From assembly GCA_964016885.1 (NCBI GenBank), contig OZ024754.1:14322001-14386000 (forward strand): DNA of 64,000 nucleotides. The letters are read 5' to 3'. Source of the stretch: Eledone cirrhosa. Taxonomy: Eukaryota. Position numbers and translations under genes: made by a program. The notes below the pieces were generated by a model. It ran no database searches, was not told the origin of the DNA, and was given only the letters and a program-made list of their open reading frames with translations. Shown here one piece after another: positions 9,350-24,055 of this stretch; the stretch's first letter is position 1, and every line of letters begins with the position of its first letter.

Positions 9350-12300
9350 GTAAGAGAGATTGCTGTTGTTATGTGTGTGTTGTTGTTATGGAAGGGAGAT
9401 TGTTGTTATGTTTGTGTTGTGTTATGTGTATGTTGTTGTTATATTAGAGATATTGTTGTTATAAGTATGTTGTGTTATGTAAGGGAGACTGTTGTTATAA
9501 GTATGTTGTGTTATGTAAAGGAGACTGTTGTTATATGTATGTTGTGTTATGTAAGGGAGACTGTTGTTATGTGTATGTTGTGTTATGTAAGGGAGACTGT
9601 TGTTATGTAAGGAAGACTGTTGTTATGTGTATGTTGTGTTATGTTAGGGAGACTGTTGTTATGTGTATGTTGTGTTATGTAAGGGAGACTGTTGTTATGT
9701 GTATGTTGTGTTATGTAAGGGAGACTGTTGTTATGTGTATGTTGTGTTATGTTAGGGAGACTGTTGTTATGTGTGTGTTGTGTTATGTAAGGGAGACTGT
9801 TCTTATGTGTGTGTTGTGTTATGTAAGGAAGACTGTTGTTATGTGTATGCTGTGTTATGTAAGGGAGACTGTTGTTATGTGTATGTTGTGTTATGTAAGG
9901 GAGACTGTTGTTATATGTATGTTGTGTTATGTAAGGGAGATTGTTGTTATGTGTATGCTGTGTTATGTTAGGGAGACTGTTGTTATGTGTGTGTTGTGTT
10001 ATGTGTGTGTTGTGTTATGTAAGGGAGACTGTTGTTATGTGTGTGTTGTGTTATGTAAGGGAGATTGTTGTTATATGTATGCTGTGTTATGTAAGGGAGA
10101 CTGTTGTTATGTGTGTGTTGTGTTATGTAAGGGAGACTGTTGTTATGTGTATGTTGTGTTATGTAAGGGAGACTGTTGTTATGTGTATGTTGTGTTATGT
10201 AAGAGAGACTGTTGTTATGTGTGTGTTGTGTTATGTAAGGAAGACTGTTGTTATGTGTATGCTGTGTTATGTAAGGGAGACTGTTGTTATGTGTATGTTG
10301 TGTTATGTAAGGGAGACTGTTGTTATATGTATGTTGTGTTATGTAAGGGAGATTGTTGTTATGTGTATGCTGTGTTATGTTAGGGAGACTGTTGTTATGT
10401 GGATGTTGTGTTATGTTAGGGTGATTGTTGTTATGTTTGCGTTGTGTCATGTAAGGGAGATTGTTGTTATGTGTATGTTGTGTTATGTAAGGGAGACTGT
10501 TGTTATGTGTATGTTGTGTTATGTTAGGGAGATTGTTGTTATGTGTATGTTGTGTTATGTTAGGGAGACTGTTGTTATGTTTGCGTTGTGTTATGTAAGG
10601 GAGATTGTTGTTATGTGTATGTTGTGTTATGTAAGGGAGACTGTTGTTATGTGTATGTTGTGTTATGGAAGGGAGACTGTTGTTATGTGTGTGTTGTGTT
10701 ATGTAAGGGAGACTGTTGTTATATGTATGTTGTGTTATGTTAGGGAGACTGTTGTTATGTGTATGTTGTGTTATGTAAGGGAGACTGTTGTTATGTTTGC
10801 GTTGTGTTATGTTAGGGAGACTGTTGTTATGTGTGTGTTGTGTTATGTAAGGGAGACTGTTGTTATGTGTATGCTGTGTTATGTGTATGTTGTGTTATGT
10901 TAGGGAGATTGTTGTTATGTTTGCGTTGTGTTATGTAAGGGAGATTGTTGTTATGTGGATGTTGTGTTATGTTAGGGAGACTGTTGTTATGTGTATGCTG
11001 TGTTATGTGGATGTTGTGTTATGTTAGGGAGATTGTTGTTATGTGTGTGTTGTGTTATGTTAGGGAGACTGTTGTTATGTGTATGTTGTGTTATGGAAGG
11101 GAGACTGTTGTTATGTATGTGTTGTGTTATGTTAGGGAGATTGTTGTTATGTGTATGTTGTGTTATGGAAGGGAGACTGTTGTTATGGGTGTGTTGTGTT
11201 ATGTTAGGGTGATTGTTGTTATGTGTATGTTGTGTTATGTAAGGGAGATTGTTGTTATGTGTATGTTGTGTTATGTAAGGGAGACTGTTGTTATGTGGAT
11301 GTTGTGTTATGTTAGGGAGACTGTTGTTATGTGTATGTTGTGTTATGTAAGGGAGATTGTTGTTATGTGTATGTTGTGTTATGTTAGGGAGACTGTTGTT
11401 ATGTTTGCGTTGAGTTATGTAAGGGAGATTGTTGTTATGTGTATGTTGTGTTATGTTAGGGAGATTGTTGTTATGTTTGCGTTGTGTTATGTAAGGGAGA
11501 TTGTTGTTATGTGTGTGTTGTGTTATGTAAGGGAGATTGTTGTTATGTGTATGTTGTGTTATGGAAGGGAGACTGTTGTTATGTGTCTGTTGTGTTATGT
11601 AAGGGAGATTGTTGTTATGTGTATGTTGTGTTATGTAAGGGAGACTGTTGTTATGTGTATGTTGTGTTATGTAAGGGAGATTGTTGTTATGTGTATGTTG
11701 TGTTATGTTAGGGAGACTGTTGTTATGTTTGCGTTGTGTTATGTAAGGGAGATTGTTGTTATGTGTATGTTGTGTTATGTAAGGGAGACTGTTGTTATGT
11801 GTATGTTGTGTTATGGAAGGGAGACTGTTGTTATGTGTGTGTTGTGTTATGTAAGGGAGACTGTTGTTATGTGTGTGTTGTGTTATGTAAGGGAGATTGT
11901 TGTTATGTGTATGTTGTGTTATGTAAGGGAGACTGTTGTTATGTGTATGTTGTGTTATGTAAGGGAGACTGTTGTTATGTGTATGTTGTGTTATGTAAGG
12001 GAGACTGTTGTTATGTGTATGTTGTGTTATGGAAGGGAGACTGTTGTTATGTGTGTGTTGTGTTATGTAAGGGAGACTGTTGTTATATGTATGTTGTGTT
12101 ATGTTAGGGAGACTGTTGTTATGTGTGTGTTGTGTTATGTAAGGGAGATTGTTGTTATGTGTATGTTGTGTTATGTAAGGGAGACTGTTGTTATGTGTAT
12201 GTTGTGTTATGTAAGGGAGACTGTTGTTATGTGTATGTTGTGTTATGTTAGGGAGACTGTTGTTATGTTTGCGTTGTGTTATGTAAGGGAGATTGTTGTT

Positions 12301-15017
12301 ATGTGTGTGTTGTGTTATGTAAGGGAGATTGTTGTTATGTGTATGATATGTTATGTAAGGGAGACTGTTGTTATGTGTGTGTTGTGTTATGTAAGGGAGA
12401 CTGTTGTTATGTGTATGTTGTGTTATGGAAGGGAGTTGTTGTTATGTGTGTGTTGTGTTATGTAAGGGAGACTGTTGTTATATGTATGTTGTGTTATGTT
12501 AGGGAGACTGTTGTTATGTGTGTGTTGTGTTATGTAAGGGAGATTGTTGTTATGTGTATGTTGTGTTATGTAAGGGAGATTGTTGTTATGTGTATGTTGT
12601 GTTATGTAAGGGAGACTGTTGTTATGTGTATGTTGTGTTATGTTAGGGAGACTGTTGTTATGTTTGCGTTGTGTTATGTAAGGGAGATTGTTGTTATGTG
12701 TGTGTTGTGTTATGTAAGGGAGATTGTTGTTATGTGTATGATATGTTATGTAAGGGAGACTGTTGTTATGTGTGTGTTGTGTTATGTAAGGGAGACTGTT
12801 GTTATGTGTATGTTGTGTTATGGAAGGGAGACTGTTGTTATGTGTGTGTTGTGTTATGTAAGGGAGACTGTTGTTATATGTATGTTGTGTTATGTTAGGG
12901 AGACTGTTGTTATGTGTGTGTTGTGTTATGTAAGGGAGATTGTTGTTATGTGTATGTTGTGTTATGTAAGGGAGACTGTTGTTATGTGTATGTTGTGTTA
13001 TGTAAGGGAGACTGTTGTTATGTGTATGTTGTGTTATGTTAGGGAGACTGTTGTTATGTTTGCGTTGTGTTATGTAAGGGAGATTGTTGTTGTGTGTGTG
13101 TTGTGTTATGTAAGGGATATTGTTGTTATGTGTATGATATGTTATGTAAGGGAGACTGTTGTTATGTGTGTGTTGTGTTATGTAAGGGAGACTGTTGTTA
13201 TGTGTATGTTGTGTTATGTTAGGGAGACTGTTGTTACGTGTATGTTGTGTTATGTTAGGGAGACTGTTGTTATGTGTGTGTTGTGTTATGTAAGGGAGAT
13301 TGTTGTTATGTGTATGTTGTGTTATGTAAGGGAGACTGTTGTTATGTGTATGGTGTGTTATGTAAGGGAGACTGTTGTTATGTGTATGTTGTGTTATGTA
13401 AGGGAGACTGTTGTTATGTGTATGTTGTGTTATGTAAGGGAGACTGTTGTTATGTGTGTGTTGTGTTATGGAAGGGAGACTGTTGTTATGTGTGTGTTGT
13501 GTTATGTAAGGGAGACTGTTGTTATATGTATGTTGTGTTATGTTAGGGAGACTGTTGTTATGTGTGTGTTGTGTTATGTAAGGGAGATTGTTGTTATGTG
13601 TATGTTGTGTTATGTAAGGCAGACTGTTGTTATGTGTATGTTGTGTTATGTAAGGGAGACTGTCGTTATGTGTATGTTGTGTTATGTAAGGGAGACTGTT
13701 GTTATGTGTATGTTGTGTTATGTAAGGGAGACTGTTGTTATGTGTGTGTTGTGTTATGTAAGGGAGATTGTTGTTATGTGTATGTTGTGTTATGTAAGGG
13801 AGACTGTTGTTATGTGTATGTTGTGTTATGTAAGGGAGACTGTTGTTATGTGTATGTTGTGTTATGTTAGGGAGACTGTTGTTATGTTTGCGTTGTGTTA
13901 TGTAAGGGAGATTGTTGTTATGTGTGTGTTGTGTTATGTAAGGGAGATTGTTGTTATGTGTATGATATGTTATGTAAGGGAGACTGTTGTTATGTGTGTG
14001 TTGTGTTATGTAAGGGAGACTGTTGTTATGTGTATGTTGTGTTATGGAAGGGAGACTGTTGTTATGTGTGTGTTGTGTTATGTAAGGGAGACTGTTGTTA
14101 TATGTATGTTGTGTTATGTTAGGGAGACTGTTGTTATGTGTATGTTGTGTTATGTTAGGGAGACTGTTGTTATGTGTGTGTTGTGTTATGTAAGGGAGAC
14201 TGTTGTTATGTGTGTGTTGTGTTATGTAAGGGAGACTGTTGTTATGTGTATGTTGTGTTATGTAAGGGAGATTGTTGCTATGTCTGTGTTGTGTTATGTT
14301 AGGGAGACTGTTGTTATGTGTGTGTTGTGTTATGTAATGGAGACTGTTGTTATGTGTGTGTTGTGTTATGTAAGGGAGACTGTTGTTATGTGTATGTTGT
14401 GTTATGTAAGGGAGATTGTTGTTATGTGTGTGTTGTGTTATGTTAGGGAGACTGTTGTTATGTGTGTGTTGTGTTATGTAAGGGAGATTGTTGTTATGTG
14501 TGTGTTGTGTTATGTTAGGGAGACTGTTGTTATGTGTGTGTTGTGTTATGGAAGGGAGATTGTTGTTATGTGTGTGTTGTGTTATGGAAGGGAGACTGTT
14601 GTTATGTGTATGTTGTGTTATGTTAGGGAGACTGTTGTTATGTGTATGTTGTGTTATGTAAGGGAGATTGTTGTTATGTGTGTGTTGTGTTATGGAAGGG
14701 AGAATGTTGTTATGTGTGTGTTGTGTTATGGAAGGGAGATTGTTGTTATGTGTATGTTGTGTTATGTAAGGGAGATTGTTGTTATGTGTGTGTTGTGTTA
14801 TGGAAGGGAGATTGTTGTTATGTGTATGTTGTGTTATGTTAGGGAGACTGTTGTTATGTGTATGTTGTGTTATGGAAGGGAGACTGTTGTTATGTGTATG
14901 TTGTGTTATGTTAGGGAGACTGTTGTTATGTGTATGTTGTGTTATGGAAGGGAGAATGTTGTTATGTGTGTGTTGTGTTATGGAAGGGAGACTGTTGTTA
15001 TGTGTGTGTTGTGTTAT
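9350..15017. repeat. 36-bp minisatellite (gttatgtaagggagactgttgttatgtgtatgttgt), ~155 copies
   Basis: Tandem repetition with recurring variant units (gttagg, ggaagg, tttgcg, atgata); degenerate at the left edge. Confidence 0.97.
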
Positions 15018-15188
15018 ACGAGGAGGAAGGACACAATACGAGTGATGAGATGTAGAAGAAACGTTAGTTGAGTGAGTCTGAGTAGAGTGACAAGATGGCG
15101 GCTAGCCCCGAATAACAAAACTCCTGTAGTGGGAGTAGTAACGTTAGAGTGAGAATTCATACAGCTACATGCCTGGTGAGAAATAGAC

Positions 15189-15535
15189 TCCAATCCAATC
15201 CAATCCAATCCAGGGATTTTTCACTCCTGTTGGAGGAACCCCTTCCCAGTTGATCTCCACCGCTTTCAGTTTGGATTTGCTTATGTCAGAGGTGTAGCTG
15301 TTGGTGAGGCTATTTAACCCAGTGTTAATCTGTCCAGCAATTCTTTCCTGAGACATTATAACTACATGCCCATAATATCGGAGCCGTGGTCCCTCAATTT
15401 GGAGAAGTAGCGGCTCTACCTGGAATGAATCTCTAATCTCTGAGTTAGGCACTCTATCATGTAACGTTATACCAAAGCCCCTTCGGAGGATCCCCACTTT
15501 TGGCCGATTGTATTCGCGATCGTATTCTTTCGGTC
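15189..15535 (-). mobile_element. 3' end relic of an RTE-clade LINE (Rex3/Expander-like)
   Basis: Translates TERIRSRIQSA..GILRRGFGITLHDRVPNSEIRDSFQVEPLLLQIEGPRLRYYGHVVIMSQER (RTE C-terminal region, with a frameshift); ends in a (TTGGA)n tail. Confidence 0.85.
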
Positions 15536-15870
15536 CTTACTTAAAATGTATGACCTCAGGTAAGGTTTGGTACGAATACTGAGTTCAATACCACACAATG
15601 TATCAATTAGGTTTTGCAGGTTCACAATACTAGTTTATGAATTAGGAGATATTACGCCAGACATTTTAGATAGCAAACACAATAAAAATACTCGTTTCCT
15701 ATTTCAAAGAGAAAATTGTTAAAGATAGAAGACAAAAAAAAAAAAAAAAAAAAAATATGACTCCAGTCCTCAGTGAAATAACAACCCAACAAGGAACTGG
15801 GCATATCAGAGTATTGACAATATTATACACCTAAACAACATATGTAGTTGTCTATACCATACTAATTCAA

Positions 15871-15925
15871 ACTGCCTGAAGAGGTCACAACCAAAGATGG
15901 CTGTCACTGAAATATATATAGCAGT
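15871..15925 (+). ncRNA. Minimal type I hammerhead ribozyme with canonical core
   Basis: ACTGC-CTGAAGA-ggtcacaacc/ggctgtcact-GAAA-TATATA-TA-GCAGT: perfect stem I, palindromic stem III, AUA cleavage triplet. Confidence 0.85.
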
Positions 15926-16067
15926 AATAAACGAAGCTAAATTTTAATCATTTGACTTTTATTTAACTTTATTTTACACTACTCCGGAGTAACCAAACCA
16001 ACCTGCGTACTGCGTCGAGTGCTCCAGCCTGCATACTGAGGTGTTGGTATACAACCAACATTAACTC

Positions 16068-16165
<98 letters not shown>

Positions 16166-17048
16166 GAGAGAGAGAGAATAAAAATTAAAAGAAAACGAAA
16201 AAAACAAACAAAAAAACTCCTATAAAGCCATGAAATTGTTTTCTTTCTATTTTATTTACACATGTTAAATATTTCGAAACATCATTTTGAGCAAATTCGT
16301 TTTTAATTCGTTTATTTCCATATCTTTTTAAAATGATTTTGTTTATGTTTATATTTTTTAGTATACTGCGTATGCGTTAAAATATTTTCTCCAGTTTCAG
16401 GTAAAGTTATATTAGTCTAAATAAAGCGTTTTATAAAGTAATTACTAGAGTTCGGGGATAATGTGTGTCGACAGGAGTCAACTCAGTAAAAATATATTCA
16501 TTCTTCGATGAAGGTATCTAGCTCGAAATATTAGCATGTGTAAATGTTGCTTACTTTCAGTTTTACTAATTTTACTAATTTGCTGGGATTTCTCTCTCTG
16601 CCCCTCCCTTGCTCTTTCTGGGGTATTACAACTAGTTTCGAATTCGTGGCTAAATTATAGAATACTTCAGTTGTTAGAAGGTGAAGGTTCTTCATAATAG
16701 CTTTACCGAGATAGCTCTCTAACTGCGAGGTAATTCTGACACCCTAGACACAGAATGTGTACCTTGGAAGGTATTTAAAGGTCAATTTGTGTTAATACCG
16801 TGGCTAGCTATCTGTAAAAATAAATTTTAATCCAATGAAATAAATATATAAACAGGATATATCAAGAGATAAAACGAGATTAAAAAAAAATAAAAAAAGA
16901 AGAAATGGGCCAAAAGACAAAAATGATAGTGTATGTATGTATAGTTCTGTAACTCGCGACTTAAGATATGACATAGGTACTTTAAACATGGCGGAACTCG
17001 TCTCCTCTTCAGGTCTGAACACAACCGATTTCTTCCAGAGAAGAGGGG

Positions 17049-17137
<89 letters not shown>

Positions 17138-17632
17138 TTCTGTTGGAAGATACTGCTTAAGGTACAGATACTGCTTAGTGCAGAAAGAGTGAATCCCAAA
17201 CTAATCCTACTTGCACATCAAACAAATGGATAGATAGATAGATAGATAGATAGATAGACAGATAGATAGATAGATAGGGAGAGAGAGAGAGGGGGGAGGA
17301 AGCCAGAAAGGGAAAACAAAAACCTATAAAAAAAAAATAAGAGAGAGATGTTTGTATTTTTGTATGAAGGTGTATAAAGTGAGGATAATTAATATTTATT
17401 TCAGCAATAGTAAAGAGATGAAATGTCTCTATTTCCTGCTTGATAGTTACTACTAATTGGTGATATCATTTGCAACAGATTACACCTATATATTTCTTAT
17501 GGAGTGTCAATGACGGACACAATACTGATACTACGTTTAACTTCTCGGAAATTGGAACCAAAAAAGTGAAACCAAACTCCATGGGAAAGTATTTCTTACA
17601 GAGGACGTTTGTCATAAAATACCGATAGAATA

Positions 17633-17850
17633 TGTTGCTGTTGTTGCTATTGTTGTTGCTGTTGCTATTGTTGTTGCTGTTGTTGTTGTTGCTATTGTTG
17701 TTACGGTGTTGTTGTTGTTGTTGTTGCTGTTGTTGTTACTGTTGTTGTTACTGTTGTTGTTGTTGTTACTATTGTTGTTGTTGCTGTTGTTGTTACTGTT
17801 GTTGTTATTGTTGTTGTTGCTATTGTTGTTACGGTGTTGTTGTTGTTGCT

Positions 17851-17904
<54 letters not shown>

Positions 17905-17936
17905 GGTAGTGGTGGTGTTGTTGTTGGCGGTGTTGA

Positions 17937-18007
<71 letters not shown>

Positions 18008-18062
18008 TTGTTGCTGTTGTTGTTGCTGCTGCTGCTGTTGTTGCTGTTGTTGTTGCTGTTGC

Positions 18063-18103
<41 letters not shown>

Positions 18104-18113
18104 CTGTTGCTGC

Positions 18114-18165
<52 letters not shown>

Positions 18166-18316
18166 GCTGTTGCTGTTGTTGTTGTTGCTGTTGCTGCTGC
18201 TGTTGCTGTTGTTGTTGTTTATGTTGCTGTTGTTGTTGTTGTTGTTGGTGGTGGTGTTGCTGTTATTGTTGTTGTTGTTGTTGTTGTTGCTGTTGCTGCT
18301 GCTGTTGTTGTTGTAG

Positions 18317-18354
<38 letters not shown>

Positions 18355-18464
18355 GCTGTTGCTGTTGTTGTTGGTGTTGTTGTTGTTGCTGCTGCTGTTG
18401 CTGTTGTTGTTGTTGCTGTTGCTGCTGCTGTTGCTGTTGTTGTTGTTGTTGCTGCTGCTGTTGC

Positions 18465-18534
<70 letters not shown>

Positions 18535-18554
18535 GCTGTTGTTGCTGTTGTTGC

Positions 18555-18595
<41 letters not shown>

Positions 18596-18733
18596 CTGTT
18601 GATGTTGTTATTGTTGTTGTTGTTGTTGCCGTTGTTGTTGTTGTTATTGTTGTTGATGTTGTTGATGTTGTTGTTGTTGTTGCTATTTATGCTGTTGGTG
18701 TTGTTGTTGTTGTTGTTGCTGTTGTTGTTGTGG

Positions 18734-18765
<32 letters not shown>

Positions 18766-18910
18766 GTGTTGTTGTTGTTGTTGTTGTTGTTGGTAATGTT
18801 GTTGATGATGCAGTATTATTACTGTTGTTGATGTTGTTGCTGTTTATGTTGTTGGTGATATTGTTGCTATTCTTGCTATTGTTATTGTTTCTGTTGTTGT
18901 TGTTGTTGTT
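17633..18910. repeat. (GTT/GCT)n trinucleotide array
   Basis: Direct observation. Confidence 0.97.
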
Positions 18911-19783
18911 GCTATTCTTTAACCAGCGAATTCACGAAGTTGCTAAAGTGTAGCACAAAATGCCTTGCGGTATTTGTTTCGTCTCTCTGTGTTCTGAGTT
19001 GAAATCTCACCTTTCATACTTTCGATATCGATGAAATAAAGTCCCAGTTTAGGTCAATGGATTGCCAGAATTGTTAAAACCTTGCAGTATTTGCCTTCTG
19101 TGCATGGTATACTTAATCTATCACCCAGTTTAACATCACCCTCTATCTTTTGGGGGTCTTTTAGCGAAGTCCACTCTGTTACAAGCATTCAAACCAGGTC
19201 TAAAGATTGAGGATAAATTCCGCTTCTCCACAACACCCCACTCATCTCCCCCGTCCTTTAAAAGTGTCATGGGCACTGCCCTCTGCTTCTAACCTTAATA
19301 GAGCAGATAGGTAATCTAAAAGCATTACAGCTGTGACCATCTCGCCTTTTAGATGGGGGAATGTAGGACTAACTTATATAACGTGCTCTTTCTGTCTTCC
19401 TGCTTTACGATGGGAGGATGTAATTTGAATGAGACTTAGCTACCTATTCCTGCAAATCGAGCAATTAATGTAGAGGTGTTTCCGCATTGACTTGTCGATA
19501 GAACATGTATGTATCAGGGGTGATGGCTTGCTATAGAGTAGAATTAAAAGTTCAGTGATCTAAACCTAGGATCTCTTTCCGAATCCAGCTGGAAACATTT
19601 CCTATTCCTGTTTTCATGCTTTAGGGATAACCACCCGAGCATTACACATTCCGATCTTTCCTACTACTAAAAGGAAAACAACCACAACAACAACAACAAC
19701 AACTACAAAATAAATAAAACACACATAAAAAACAAAGCAAAAAACATCTTTATGTGTGAATTAAACATTATATCTTGTACACA

Positions 19784-19946
19784 TTGAGAGAAGAAAAGTG
19801 TGCCAATATGTACAAGACAAAATTGTTTCTACTTTTAGACACAAGGCCAGCAGGTACCAGTAATGTACTGGGTAATTGCTGGCCTTGTGCCTAAAAGTAG
19901 AAGCAATTATGTCTTGTACATATTGGTACACTTTTCTTCTCTCAAC
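19784..19946. repeat. Inverted duplication of a SINE tail plus flank
   Basis: ttgagagaagaaaagtgtgccaatatgtacaagac..aaggccagca pairs with tgctggcctt..gtcttgtacatattggtacacttttcttctctcaa. Confidence 0.85.
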
Positions 19947-21399
19947 TATATAACAAACAGAATGAATTCAACTTTTGATTGAGCATTTCAACATTTATAA
20001 TGACTGTGCATCTTTAGAAAGACAGAGATGATGATGTTGTGATGTGCATGTAGGAATCGGGGACTACGTTCGTCAACACATTAATGCCACACAATAGTGT
20101 TCATAACCTTTTTTTCAACGATAATAAACTGTCTCGCTTCGATTCAGAACTTTCAAACGGGTGACATCATCTGTCGAAAGAGTACTACAGTTTATTCAGA
20201 ATTCTGAATATTTCTCTTAACCTTTTTACAGTATGATTCCCAGTTCTTCGTTTACAATTTTCCCCGACCCCCTCCTCCACATTATGAGTTCCAGTTCGAG
20301 CCAGCTGTTTTTAGAGTAAAAGTCTCACCCCTTCCCTGTTCTATCATATCGTCTCACAATAAAAACACCCAAGCTTGTTTCCTTTCTCATGACACATGAT
20401 CTGTGAAAAGAATGTTCTGGGTCTTAAACCTAACCTTTCCTAGCAACTTGACAATTAATAATAGATTATTGACGTTTCTATTTGTTTATGTGAAGTACAA
20501 GACTTCAGATTTGTATTATCTTGCAGGAACCGTTGAAAGCGGATAGAGTCTCAGTGAGTGGAGTCTGTGACCCTGAAGTTCGCAATCAGGAAGTTCTTGT
20601 TTTGATTCCGCTTCGTGACATCTTGGGTAAATGTCTTTTACAATAGCTTTAAGACAGCCCATGCGTTTTTAGAGTGAAATTTATGACACAAGAAGAAGAA
20701 GAAGAAGTTACACCGGGGTGCATGCATTGGTGGAACATTCATCCACTTATGTTATTTTAATGATTAGGACGTAAGGTTGGGAAAAGGGCGAAGTTAATGA
20801 AATCAACTCCAGTACTTGATTGGTATTTTATTTTATCGATCCAAGAAGGGTGAAAGGCAAAGCTAACACCGACAGGATGTAAAGAGCCAGAACAAATCAC
20901 GCAATTGTCTTTTATCCGACGATCTACAAATTCTTCCGGTTTACCACTATAATATTAGAAACAGATTGATAAATTAATGCCAACAATAAATTAAGATTTA
21001 AGCCTCATTTAATACCGACTTTTCAAACAAAACATTTCTCTTTCTTACATTTAGCAGCACAAATTCAAATCCAGTTTTAAAAAAATGAAAACATTATATA
21101 GATTAAGACTTTTGAAAGCTGGGTTTGGTTGATAAATAGAATCCTTAACAAGTAGACTTTAGAATCTACATATGTTATACATTTGAAAAGTACTTCTTTT
21201 GATTAAATGGTTTAGTTTTCATTATCTTAATGTAATAATAAACAGGAAGAGAGAACAAATTGAATAATGAAAAAAAGCTAGGCAGTATATATTAGCTGTG
21301 CCCTCACCGAAAATTGTGCTTTTGGATTTATTGGTGCCCCAGCATGGCAATCATATCCAATAATTATTTCCAAGCTCTCTTCCAACGGTAATTTTGTGA

Positions 21400-21632
21400 A
21401 GATATTTTGGATGGATATGTGAAGATCTTACGACAGAATATGTGAAGATATTACTACAGAATAGGTGAAGATCTTACGACAGAATATGTGAAAGTATGTG
21501 ATGGCTTTTTTGATTAAATATGTGAAGATATGACAGAATATGTGAAAGTATGTGATGGCCTTTTTGATTAAATATGTGAAGATATGACAGAATATGTGCA
21601 ATTCTTTTTGTAGAATGTGTGAAGATATCTTC
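21400..21632. repeat. Degenerate ~22-bp minisatellite (atgtgaagatat..acagaat) with a 60-bp duplication
   Basis: Direct observation. Confidence 0.75.
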
Positions 21633-21969
21633 ATTGTATTTTTCTAAGCAAAAGAAAATTATAAGATTAGTAAAGAATTATTTACTAGAGTAATTTAAAA
21701 CTACTTACACCCTTAATATCCTGTACCACATGAAACCGCATAGCAAAAACTTCACTATGACTAAATCACATTAAATATTCGTGTTTACTCTAATTATGCA
21801 AATATTCAGAATGATCTGTCCCATAGTCAAAATACAATAAACATTTGAATTAACAAGGTCATTTTTAGGACTTGGACATTTTAAAATCTGGTGGAGCTCC
21901 TCTCCTCTTTAGGTCTCAACATAACCAACTTCGTTCAGAGAGAGATAATCTCATTATTGGACTGGGACA

Positions 21970-22400
21970 GGGGCGGTGGATTGGCAGTATCGGTAGAGGG
22001 TCGGACGCCATGCTTTGCAGCATAGAGTTACGTCCCTTTATGATCCGAGTTCAAATCCCGCTGAGGTTAACTTTGCCTTTCATCCTTTACGGGGGGTCGA
22101 TAAAATAAAGTGCCAGCCACGCACTGGGGTCGATTTAATCAACTTTCCCCCCTCCCCCAGAATTGCTAGTCTTGTGCCTATATAAGAAACCATTATTGGA
22201 CTGGAAGGTGGACTGGCAGTATCGGTAGAGGGTCGGACGCCATGCTTTCCAGAATAGTTACGTCCCTTTACAATCTGAGTTCAAATCCCGCCGAGGTTGA
22301 CTTTGCCTTTCATCCTTACGGGGGTCGATAAAATAAAGTACCAGTAATGCACTGGGTAATTGCTGGCTTTGTGCCTAAAGTAGAAACAATTATTGGACTG
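21970..22400 (+). mobile_element. Two tandem family A SINEs delimited by three copies of attattggactg
   Basis: Motif at 21953-21964, 22192-22203 and 22389-22400; an older - strand SINE follows at ~22400-22545. Confidence 0.9.
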
Positions 22401-22619
22401 AAAGGTTTTTATTTTTTATCGACGTCGAAAAAGTGAAAAAGAAATCTGACCTCGACAAGATTTGAACTCAGAAAGCAGAGATCACCGGAACAAATACTAC
22501 AAAGTCTTCTCCGACAGTCTCACAACTCTGCCAACTCCCCGCCTTGCTCATTACTGACAGTTAACAGTTAAAGACGTGTTAGTTTAGATTTACAGTAATT
22601 TATTTCATCTCTTTTTAGC

Positions 22620-23620
22620 TACACCTCTACCACCATCTTAACACCAACACCACCATGACACACCACCACCACCACCACTACCACTACCACTACAACTACC
22701 ACTACCATTATCCACCACCCCCTACTATCTCCCCCCCACTACGCACCGCCCTACACACATCTCACCCCACCACTACCACAACCTCCACCAACACCACTAT
22801 GACACACCACCACTACCACTACAACCACCACTACCATTGTCCACCACCCCTACTACCAAATCCACCACCACCTCCACCACCACTACCACCACCACCACCA
22901 CCACTACCACCACCACCTCCACCACTACCTCCACCTCCACCACTACCACCTCCACCACCACTACCACTACCACCACCACCACCACCACCACCACTACCAC
23001 TACCACCACCTCCACCACTAACACCACCACCACCACCACCACCACCTCCACCACTACCACCTCCACTACCACTACCACGACCACCACCACCACCACCACC
23101 ACCACCACCACCACCACTACCACTACCACCACCACTACCACCACTACACCCCCTCCACCACTACCACCTCCGCCACCACCACAACCACCACCACCACCAC
23201 CACCACCACTACCACTACCACCACCACCAACACCACCACCACCACCACCACCACCACTACCACCACCACCACCACCACCACCACCACCACCACCACCACC
23301 ACCACCACCACCACCACGACCACCACCACCACCACCGTTACCACTACCACCACTACAATTACCCCCGCCCACTGCTACCACCACCACCACCACCACTACT
23401 GCTACCACTACCACCACCACCACTACCACCACCACCACCACTGCTACCACCACCACCACCACCACCACTACCACTACCACCACCTCCACCACTAACACCT
23501 CCACCACCACTACCACCACCACCACTACCACCACCACCACCACTGCTACCACCACCACCACCACCACCACCACCACCACCACCACCACCACCACCACCAC
23601 TGCCCCCCCCCCACCACCAC
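22620..23620. repeat. (CCA/CTA)n trinucleotide array
   Basis: Direct observation. Confidence 0.95.
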
Positions 23621-24008
23621 TAAACTAAACGGTACTGTTTGCTATAAAATCTTAATATCTGAGTGAAAGATTGATCCAGTGATGTGCTTCACCCGACATT
23701 GGAAGCCGTCGTCAACGCTGTAGGTTGCTCTGTATAGGGAGTGATATGTTTGATGTGTATGTCGACTGAAATGGGGTGGATATGTTCTCTAGTATATGTG
23801 TGTGTGTGTGGGGGGGGGGGGTCTCGCTGTGCTCCTGTATGGCTTTGTGTGTCTGCCTACGTTAGTATGTCTGCGTTTTTATGTATGTTGTGTATCTGGG
23901 TATGTGTGTAACTCGATTTCTGGAATAGGGTCTCGTATGTTCGTATATATTAGTGTATGTGTGTGTGTGTGAGTGTGAGTGTGTGTATGTGTGTGTGAGA
24001 GAGAGAGA

Positions 24009-24055
<47 letters not shown>

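Noticed and set aside
9472-15071. Cys-rich ORFs (LCYVRETVVMCM)n
   Set aside because: Translation of the 36-bp minisatellite with frequent frameshifts
22655-23628. Poly-Pro, His and Thr ORFs (also 17632-18831, 28902-30072, 60847-61336)
   Set aside because: Trinucleotide microsatellites open in all frames
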